A DNA stretch of 63,239 nucleotides, counting the filler, from Hyphochytrium catenoides (lineage: Eukaryota > Protista > Hyphochytriomycota): NCBI GenBank assembly GCA_900088475.1. It is 6 parts of 6 records of this genome, joined end to end, with 100 filler letters (N's around TTAATTAATTAA, not from the genome) between each part and the next. Parts side by side here need not be neighbours in the genome. Positions count along the whole stretch, not along the records: positions 1 to 31,225 come from FLMG01001895.1; positions 31,326 to 48,008 come from FLMG01002010.1; 4 more parts are not named here. One strand, given 5' to 3'. The translations under genes were made by a program, and so were the position numbers. Numbering within the stretch: position 1 is the first letter of the stretch; each line of letters begins with the position of its first letter. Shown here in pieces: positions 24,516 to 33,098 of this stretch. The notes under the pieces are model-generated. The model saw only the letters and a list, made by a program, of their open reading frames with translations. It did no database searches and was not told the DNA's origin.

Positions 24516-24641
24516 CTCTAACAATATCGAATATTGGTGGAGTGTTTTGCAATACAATAAACTCTGTCTGCAGAAATCTGGAAATCCGCCAAAATATATA
24601 TGAAGATTTCCTCAGATCACCAGATGAAGATTATTGCGTCT

Positions 24642-24761
24642 TCACAAGATGGTCCAGGCGAGGGTGTCGAAGTAGTCGTGCGAGACTCTGAGAAAGTATC
24701 GACCGTCACTCTTCGACCGGTAGATAGCTGGCTGAAAAATCGAGACAGACTCGAAGATCAT
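24642..24761 (-). promoter_or_regulatory. Candidate regulatory uORF (39 aa) in the CPS leader, arginine-attenuator-peptide-like
   Basis: ATG at 24761 gives MIFESVSIFQPAIYRSKSDGRYFLRVSHDYFDTLAWTIL*. The stop lies 126 nt before the CPS ATG at 24515, and there is no other ATG between 24761 and 24515. Confidence 0.5.
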
Positions 24762-25277
24762 CCAGCTCAGAAGAGAAGAAAGAGTGCAAGAGAGAGCTTT
24801 TCCGTGCACCAGACCTCTTGTCCTGCTCTTTCCCCTGCTGTTCAAGGGAAGGCCGAAGAGAGAGAGGCCACAAAAGATGAAAGGATCCGTCTACTCACAA
24901 ATAGCACACGCAACGCACCCAGAGACAGATCCGGACGCAAAGAGAGAGAGAGATCCGCGAGGGGAGAGAGAGAGAGATCTCTAGATCTTACTCGGTCTAG
25001 TCGAGTCCAGGAGTGACGCAGCTCGCTCCTCCACTGGGATGAAATGGAAAGTGAAGCAGAAGAGGAAAAGACCCGCCTTGCAGGAGTTGCCTGCTTCTGA
25101 TTCTTCTGATGAAGTGCTCTCTCTCTCTCTCTCTCTCTCTCTCGCTCCTCATACACACAAACAGGTCAACATTAATTCTTGGTGGGAGAGTGAGAGAGAG
25201 AGAGAGTGAGAGAGGGAGTGAGAGAGAGAGAGAGAAAGAGAGAGCGGGGAGAGAGAGAGAGAGAGGAAGAGAGGGAG

Positions 25278-25330
<53 letters not shown>

Positions 25331-26513
25331 CACGTGTCTGCCTCTACGTTACGGTAGCCCTGTAGATCGCTCCTCTGTCTCTTCATGAAAGGAAATCTCC
25401 GAAGCAGAGCCTCTCTCTCTCTGTCTCTCTTTCATCACTCTTCCTCGTAGTATTCCCATCTCGTCTCAGAATCTCCTGAGTTTGTATGTAGTTAATATGG
25501 TCTCTGTCTTTCCTTTTCCATATCTCACTTCCCCCTCTGTCTCTTCTTGAAGAACAGTGGGGTATTTTGTTCTGACTCTTTTACCTTCCTAACTGTGTCT
25601 CTTCATACTCTGTCTCGCTCCTCCTCTCCTTCCTGTCTAATTCTTCCTAATCAAAAACAGTAGCGCTGGTACAATTCTCATGTCACCTGACCTTAAGGGT
25701 TGTGAGTGTGATGATTACGCTGGTTGATTTAGTGGGTTTGATAGAGATAATATAGTTCTATTGCAAAGTAGTAACGCTTGTGTTTGGAGTATCCAAGCTG
25801 TGGGTTTGGCAGGGCTTTGTGTTAGCTTATCTGCTGTAATAGTTGAACCTCTGTCTTTCTAAGGGCTGTCCAGAGTATTACTACTCAGGAGTACTATGGT
25901 TAGCACTGGTCTTGTTGATTTTGGTTGTATTACTACTACATAGGGGGCCGACCGCCATTGTCTGACCGCAAGAAAAAGATCGAGGTCAGCTGGGGCAGAA
26001 TGGATGATGTTGCTGTTTGTTAGACAGATACGCGTACGTGTACGTAAGTACTGTTCGAGGCTACACCCTCTAGTAGTTGATTCAGAATAACATTAAACTT
26101 TATTACTGTAAAGGAGGTTATGCCGGTGTTGGCCGGGACACGTATCAAGGATAAATGCCTCAAGTTTAGGGGTGGGCTTGACACACAAAGATTACGGCCA
26201 AAACCGACTCTTTGGCCTTTTATTTGCTAACAAGGGAAGTCCACTCTCCATTACTGTTCTACACGTGAGTAGAACGACCAAGTACTGTATATGCATTCAT
26301 CGTCGCACAACTACTACGCACATCGAGCTCTCTTCATCATATCTGATTCTTTGTGGGTTTGTCGAGAGATAAAAATGAGTCTTTTTATTTACAGGGGACA
26401 GTGAAGACAGAGTGGGTGTTGATTAATCACTGTGTGATAACCAGTAGGATGTGTTAGAAATTCTGGCGGATGGTCTTCCACAGTTCAAGTTTCAGCTTCT
26501 TCACATCTGCATC

Positions 26514-26570
<57 letters not shown>

Positions 26571-26672
26571 TCTTTTCTCTCTCTCTTTTCTCTCTCTTTT
26601 CTCTCTCTCTTTTCTCTCTCTTTTCTCTCTCTCACTCACTCTCTTTCTCTCTCTCTCCGTCTTTCACTCACA

Positions 26673-26704
<32 letters not shown>

Positions 26705-27172
26705 TTGGTTCTCTGTTGTTTCTCTATGAGAGTTGTTGACTCATCACCTGGTCTGACTCTGTTTGCTGTGTCTCCCTTCTGCTCTCTGCTCCGTCTTTTC
26801 TCCATCGCTCGCTGGTCCAGGTGGCGTCTCTCTCTCGCTCTCTCTCTCTCGCTCTCNNNNNNNNNNNNNNNNNNNNNNNNNNNNNNNNNNNNNNNNNNNN
26901 NNNNNNNNNNNNNNNNNNNNNNNNNNNNNNNNNNNNNNNNNNNNNNNNNNCATTCGCTCTTGAGCGCTCTCTCTTCTCCACATGCTCTCTCTCTCAATCA
27001 CTGCTCAAGAAAAACGCTCTTTTTCCGATTTTCCAGAGTCTCAACAGTGGCCTGCGACAGGAATCTGCGCCGCCCCTTTTGGGCAGCCGCCTGATAGACC
27101 TGAGCAAGGATCCGCAGAAGAGGAAAGGGAAAGCACGAGGAGAGCGGGAATAGCCCTCGGTTTGAGCGCTGC

Positions 27173-27206
<34 letters not shown>

Positions 27207-27245
27207 AAAGACGTCGAACTTCTCTTCTGGTAGGTAGAAGGAGCC

Positions 27246-29420
27246 ATGCTGCGTCACTCTCTCCGCGTCCTCTCCTCGAAGAGACAATTCTCCCCGTCTC
27301 TCTTCTCTCCCTCAACTTGCTCTTTGTCTCTCTCTTCTCTTTCCTCTCAACAACACTTCCGTTCTGCTTCTTCTTCTTCTTCCACTGCCGAGCACAAGCG
27401 CGTCATCACACAGCTCTTGCGGTCTTTGGGCTCCAAAGAAGACATCGATGAGTATCTGAAGCACTTCGGCACGCCAGGAGTGAAGCGCACCGCGGTGATC
27501 AAAGTTGGCGGCGAGATCCTCCTCAATGAGCTTGAAGTCTTTGCTAAATCTCTGACATTTCTGAAGCTCGCGGGTCTCTTCCCTGTCGTTATACATGGGG
27601 CGGGCCCTCAGATGAACGATGCGCTCGCGAAGGCCAATGTAGAGCCCACATACCTTGGCGGCATGCGCGTGACGGATGAATCTACTCTGACTGTCGCCAG
27701 AGATGTCTTCCAGAAGGCGAACTTGGTGCTTGTCAAGGCGCTCGAAGACATTGGCACGCCGGCGCGGCCGATCATCACCGGCGTCTTCGAGTCAGAGATG
27801 AAAGACTATCATAAGCTTGGCTTCGTGGGAGAGATTCAGCGCGTCAATGCGCGACAGATCCAGGCGTCCATCGACCAAGGCTACATCCCTATCATCACGT
27901 CTCTGGGAGAGAGTAAGACCGGGCAAGTTCTTAACATTAACGCAGACGTAGCGGCACGAGAGCTGGCCATAGAGCTCCAGCCTCACAAGACGATCTTCAT
28001 CAATGCCAAAGGAGGCTGGATTGACGATGACGGGACCAAGCTTAAGGAGATACGGATGACGAGAGACTTTGAACGAATGGCTAACAGAGACTATACCGGC
28101 CGACAAGGCACGCTATTGAAGCTGAAGGAGATCAAACTTCTTTTAGATCACTTGCCGCGCTCGTCTTCCGTTGCCTTGACCTCTGCGTCACAACTTCATC
28201 GGGAGATTCTGAGTAACAGCAGCAGTGGCACGATCTGTGTGCACGGTGGAGAGCATCATAAAGACTCTCATCTCTGGGTAGAAGGAGAAGAGGAAAGAGA
28301 AGGAGGAGAGAAGAAGATCAAGGTCGGGCTTTTGGGCGCAAGAGGCTTTGTAGGACGTGAGGTCATCCGCTTGATTGGACAGCATCCACACCTTACGCTG
28401 CACTGTGCTAGCTCTCGTGCCCTCGTGGGACAGAAAGTGCTGAATATTGCGCTTGCCGAGCCGGTTAATCCTCATACAGAGGAGCCTGTCTCCAAGCCTG
28501 CCGAGGCCCGTCTTCCCCTTCACATCGATCCGGACCTAGAGTTCACGAACATTGAGGTATCGGACATCGAAGCTTCAAGAATAGCTGCGGATGTGGACGT
28601 GTGGATCCTTGCTCTGCCCAACGGTCTCAGCCATCGGTACGTCGGGCCCATTCGGGAGGCGGCAGCGCGGCTCAGGCGCGGGAAGAAGAGCAGGAGCCCC
28701 GTTCTCATCGACCTTTCGGCAGATTATCGCTTTGATGATGCTGGAGAGTGGACCTATGGCCTTCCAGAGGCTCCTGGGGCAAGAGAGAAGATCCGAGGGA
28801 GCACTCTGATCTCCAACCCAGGCTGTTATGCTTCTGGAGCTCAGTTCGGCCTTCTTCCACTTATCCATAGCTCCAACCCTAAGATCCAGCTCAATCGCTC
28901 TCTCCTGCCACATGTCTTTGGCGTCTCGGGCTATAGTGGCGCGGGAACGGGGCTCTCGGAGAAGAATAACCCTGCCGTTCTCAAGGATAACCTTCTTCCT
29001 TACTCTCTGGTGAATCACCTGCATGAGAGAGAGATCTCTCGCCATCTGGGCACTCCGGTGGCCTTCATGCCGCACGTAGCGCCTTACTTTCAAGGGATTT
29101 CTCTGACGTTATCTGCACAGCTAGTCTCTTCGGCCTCTCCTGAGCTCACCGCAGAGGAGCTGCGTGATCTGTATGCAGAGTTCTATGAGAACGAGCCTCT
29201 TATCAACGTGAAGGAGGGCATTCCTTACGTAAGAGACAACGCAGGGAAGCATCACGTATCTCTTGGCGGCTTTTTCTATGATAATGCGCGGCATCGGGTC
29301 ACTCTGGTTTCCACCATTGACAACCTGCTCAAGGGCGCCGCCACGCAAGCGATCCAAAATATCAACATTGCCCTGGATCTGCCTGAGTACGATGGAATTA
29401 TTAGGAAGCAGAACCAGTAG
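27246..29420 (+). CDS. ARG5,6: Bifunctional N-acetylglutamate kinase / N-acetyl-gamma-glutamyl-phosphate reductase (Arg5,6-like ArgB-ArgC fusion), probable mitochondrial presequence, intronless
   Basis: Presequence MLRHSLRVLSSKRQF. NAGK motifs: EYLKHF, VIKVGG, VIHGAGPQ, GMRVTD, LNINAD, TLLKLKEIK. NAGPR motifs: KVGLLGARGFVG, IDLSADYRFD, SNPGCYA (catalytic Cys), GVSGYSGAG, HLHEREI, DNLLKGAATQA. Confidence 0.96.
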   Translation: MLRHSLRVLSSKRQFSPSLFSPSTCSLSLSSLSSQQHFRSASSSSSTAEHKRVITQLLRSLGSKEDIDEYLKHFGTPGVKRTAVIKVGGEILLNELEVFAKSLTFLKLAGLFPVVIHGAGPQMNDALAKANVEPTYLGGMRVTDESTLTVARDVFQKANLVLVKALEDIGTPARPIITGVFESEMKDYHKLGFVGEIQRVNARQIQASIDQGYIPIITSLGESKTGQVLNINADVAARELAIELQPHKTIFINAKGGWIDDDGTKLKEIRMTRDFERMANRDYTGRQGTLLKLKEIKLLLDHLPRSSSVALTSASQLHREILSNSSSGTICVHGGEHHKDSHLWVEGEEEREGGEKKIKVGLLGARGFVGREVIRLIGQHPHLTLHCASSRALVGQKVLNIALAEPVNPHTEEPVSKPAEARLPLHIDPDLEFTNIEVSDIEASRIAADVDVWILALPNGLSHRYVGPIREAAARLRRGKKSRSPVLIDLSADYRFDDAGEWTYGLPEAPGAREKIRGSTLISNPGCYASGAQFGLLPLIHSSNPKIQLNRSLLPHVFGVSGYSGAGTGLSEKNNPAVLKDNLLPYSLVNHLHEREISRHLGTPVAFMPHVAPYFQGISLTLSAQLVSSASPELTAEELRDLYAEFYENEPLINVKEGIPYVRDNAGKHHVSLGGFFYDNARHRVTLVSTIDNLLKGAATQAIQNINIALDLPEYDGIIRKQNQ

Positions 29421-29527
29421 GGACCACATTCTGCGGCATCGGAAGACCTCTAGTCCTTGTCTTACTTCTAAGAAAATGTATGTGGAGTTGGTTTCCTCTC
29501 AATAGCTTTAAGCTGTACATAAAAAGT

Positions 29528-29577
<50 letters not shown>

Positions 29578-30625
29578 CTGAGAGGCACAGTATAGAAAGG
29601 GAGACGAGAGCAAGCCAAGAGTTTGCCAGGAAGTGAATGTGGACGGGGAAAGAGGTACAGGAAACCCAACGGAAGAGAGAGAGAGAGAAGAGAGAGAGAG
29701 AAATTGCAAATGAGGGCCAAGAAAGGACTAGCGAAGGGGTCAGAGCGGAGATGGGCACCTCAAAGAGCAGTGATAGACAACAGAGAGTGATAAGCGAGTC
29801 GATAAAGAGAGAAACAGAGACACGTTGACTAAGATTAAAGAGAGAAAAGGCAGCTTTGTGCTCTAATGCTTGCTTTTCCATCTTCTGAAGCTGCTCTAGA
29901 GGTATAGCAGCTTTGTCAGCGTTAAGAACAAGATCCGTGATCTTTGGCTCAACTATTTCTCTGACCCTAAACTACCAAGGAAGCATCAGGGTCACGGCTA
30001 ACCTCCTTTTCTTTGATAGATTTAAGGTCTCTACTGACACTCGCCGTGCGTGTGCAGCATGCCGCTTGGCTGGCTATGGCTGCAATGACCTCCACAGATT
30101 CTTAGGCTGATACATGGAAGAGTTGCTTCATCCACAACAGCTGTGTGTCTCTGCTGCCACCCAGACGACGTGCTCCTAGTCCTCGTCGGCCAGCGGTGAC
30201 TACCTTATGATACCTAGAGTAGACCGGGCTGATGGTGGCGGCCGCAAATGGCAAGCGAAAGGAGGAGAGAGGGCCGAACGGTGACTCCAAAGAAGAACAA
30301 GGAAGAAGAATAATAGGTGACATCCGTGCAAGCAACTAGTCGTCGTAGTGGTGTTGGCTCTCCTTCTTCTTCAACCCACAGAGCAGCCCCATATCATCAT
30401 CACCATCATCTTCAATAATGCTGCCACTAGCACCAGCAGGTTAGCAGGCACACCGAACGTGTTCATAGCTAACTATCTATGAGAAAAATCCCTCCTTCTT
30501 GCCACTGCTTCCGCCTGCGTCTTCATCCCTTCTGGTCAGGAATGCTGGCAAAGGTTGGATTATGGAACAATACGTCCATGAGGTTCCAGGTTGGTCAAAC
30601 GAACGTTCGCTTCTTCTTCTCCTGT

Positions 30626-30900
30626 CCTCTCGCATCCGTCTTTGTTCATTGTTTCCTTGCCATTTGTTCTCGCATCCGTCTTTGTTCATTGTTTCCTTGC
30701 GGTAACAGCAGCAGCGGTAACAGCAGCGGCGGTAACAGCAGCAGCGGTAACAGCAGCAGCCGTAACAGCAGCAGCGTGGTGGGACAGCAGCAGCGTGGGA
30801 CAGCAGCAGCGGTAACAGCAGCAGCGTGGTGGGACAGCAGCAGCGTGGGACAGCAGTAGCGTGGGACAGCAGCAGCGGTAACAGCAGCAGCGTGTGACAG
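30626..30900. repeat. Composite minisatellite: a ~33-bp direct repeat followed by a CAG-based 15-19-bp array
   Basis: tctcgcatccgtctttgttcattgtttccttgc x2, then cagcagcagcggtaa and cagcagcagcgtggga units. Confidence 0.85.
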
Positions 30901-31225
30901 CTGGTTGTCCTACCTCCTGTCTCCGACTTTTTTCTGGCTCTTATCCTCGCTGTTGTCCCGTCTTCTGGCTGCTGTCTCTTCCTCGATAATCCATGGTCAG
31001 GAGGAGAGCACGACTGATGACTCTGCTGGTTCTGCTGCTGTTGGCGCTTCTTCAATGAGGAAGGAGAAAGGTTCGGAAGCTCGTAAGCCATAGATAATGT
31101 TCCTTGGTTCCACAGCTGGACGTCTCAGGATTGTCGAGGGGACATAGAGACAGACCTTTGCCAGGAATAAAATGACTGGCTTAGTAGCCGTAGGGAAGGT
31201 CCCATTGTAAGTGCAGGGGCCGGGG

Positions 31226-31325
31226 NNNNNNNNNNNNNNNNNNNNNNNNNNNNNNNNNNNNNNNNNNNNTTAATTAATTAANNNNNNNNNNNNNNNNNNN
31301 NNNNNNNNNNNNNNNNNNNNNNNNN
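31226..31325. other. Artificial contig-joining spacer
   Basis: N44-TTAATTAATTAA-N44; the 12-mer has stops in all six frames. Confidence 0.97.
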
Positions 31326-31326
31326 A

Positions 31327-31509
31327 GGAGGAGGACTACTGAAGTCACAGATCTCGGCAATGACTGATGTCTTTGATAGACAAGTGGTACTCAAAGCGCC
31401 AAACCTGACAGGGTCAAGATATAGCGCAGCCCAGCTGAAGTCACTTAGCAATCTACCAGGAAAGCAGGATGACATGGCAATTTGCGTATGCCACATAGAC
31501 ACCAACTAG
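31327..31509 (+). CDS. 3' end of a 5'-truncated gene, possibly a PP2C/PTC7-type phosphatase
   Basis: Open frame from the contig edge ending PGKQDDMAICVCHIDTN*, which resembles the PTC7 terminal motif GGKxDDITVVV. Confidence 0.35.
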   Translation, partial: GGGLLKSQISAMTDVFDRQVVLKAPNLTGSRYSAAQLKSLSNLPGKQDDMAICVCHIDTN

Positions 31510-32469
31510 AGGTTCCCCCTTTCACACACCTCTGAGCTCACTTTGTGTCGCCTAAGGCTGTAAAGCAGAGATGCGTGAGGTTAAAGATTTCGATCAGCAA
31601 GCGGAACACAACGTTTATTGCGCTGAGATTCTGAGAATCAGACCAAGACTCAGCAAAACACTGACTTTATTTATTGAAATGTGGCATTAGCTGCAAAGAG
31701 GACAAGCGGTTCACATTCTACCTTCCTTATCTTATAAAAAAGAAAGAAGCGCTGACTGTACCAGCATCCCTTTATTACCAAGGAAAGCCATCTAACTGCC
31801 GCGATGTCATAAGCTCCTTGCGCCAATGAGCTCTCTCATTGGCCTAGCGCCTTCCTTGGTCATAAGAAGACTATGGATTAGACGCAATCTCCTGTAATAA
31901 TCTCTGGAGCTGAGGAGACTTATACCACTATCAGAGAGGTCACATCAGGTTTAGTAGGCCCATACTGACAGCCATAAGCGCCACTCTTTGCAATGCACCC
32001 CCCAATCTCTTTTCTCTTCCTGAGCTTCACATTATTGAAGATCGGGAAGACTGGTTTGAAGATCAATACAAAGTCTTATGATGTCTGACACTTCTCGAAC
32101 CAGGTGATACGAAAGCTGCGCCGACTTAATAAAGGCGCTCTGCAGTTTCCGTCCACCTACCTCTCCATTGTCCCACATAAAGACATAGAACCTCTACTCC
32201 TCGACATGCCGCTTCCTCAAGAAGATCCGTATTCAGAGACTAGAAGCAGCGCCTCAGATCTCTGGAATGAAGCTCTTGCAGGACCATCCATCGACCCGCG
32301 AACGCATCAGAATGACGTTTGGCGCGAACCGGGTGGGTGGGCCTTTTAAAACATTATGATTCCTAGGGTTTATACCTGGGGGCGGATGGGTATTGTTGTG
32401 AGAGTGTCGTAGGGAGTGAGCATGTGACATACTTACGGAAAGAAAGAGAGAGAGGAAGAGAGAGAGCGA

Positions 32470-32509
<40 letters not shown>

Positions 32510-33098
32510 GAGAAACGTGAGAAAGGATGGTCCTTCATTGAAGTCGTCATCTTCTCCTATGCCTGATCGTCTGCTGTCGCCAACAGATTCTTTTGCTTGT
32601 GCCTTGAAGAGAGACACTTGTCAGCTTCCTTCCTCTGCAGCAGACCCTAAAGAGCTCCAGATCGCTTCCTTCTACTTCGTCTGTCCTGATTCCTACGGCT
32701 CCTTCCTAGGGGTAGACAGTGGAGACAGACAGGGGATTGACGAGGAAGACAGACTGACCGTCTGTGCGAGATGGAAGAGCCTACCACTGGGCGTAGATCT
32801 CTTCGCTTGAGGCGCCGGTGCCAGCTGGTGAGGGATCGGAAGAGATGTCTCTGCTGCTGAAGCTCCTTCTTCCTATCTTTGAAGCTTCTTGTCGTCCTCT
32901 TGCAGTGTCTTCGTCGAGGCCTCTACCCGCTTTAGTGTCTTCACAAGCTGATCTGCTGCCCATCTCTGCCCTTTTCTCTTTCTCTTTGACTGGTCGAGGC
33001 AGTCACCCATGCAGCTTGAATCTCTTTGTCTCTTTCTCTCAACATACATTATTCTAGTCTCTTCGTCTTCTTCTTGTCACGCTGACTGTATGTGACAG

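Noticed and set aside
24600-25016. 138-aa plus-strand ORF between CPS and ARG5,6
   Set aside because: Antisense to the CPS leader, no motifs, and it runs into AG repeats.
25109-26739. SLSLSL / RERERE ORFs here and throughout the window
   Set aside because: Translations of dinucleotide microsatellites.
26737-26744. Gcn4/AP-1-like TGACTCAT in the CPS-ARG5,6 intergenic region, plus ATGAGTCA in CPS intron 2
   Set aside because: The 7-mer also occurs at unrelated places in the window (~894, ~34560, ~35111, ~41342), so enrichment cannot be claimed.
26982-27233. 83-aa ORF just upstream of ARG5,6 as a second regulatory uORF
   Set aside because: Partly built from (CT)n, has no attenuator-like motif, lies next to a gap, and the TSS is unknown.
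30477-31091. Cys-rich metallothionein-like ORF (CCCYRCCCY)
   Set aside because: A by-product of the CAG-based minisatellite.
31270-31281. TTAATTAATTAA as a piggyBac site or regulatory motif
   Set aside because: It is always embedded in N44 flanks, so it is an assembly linker.
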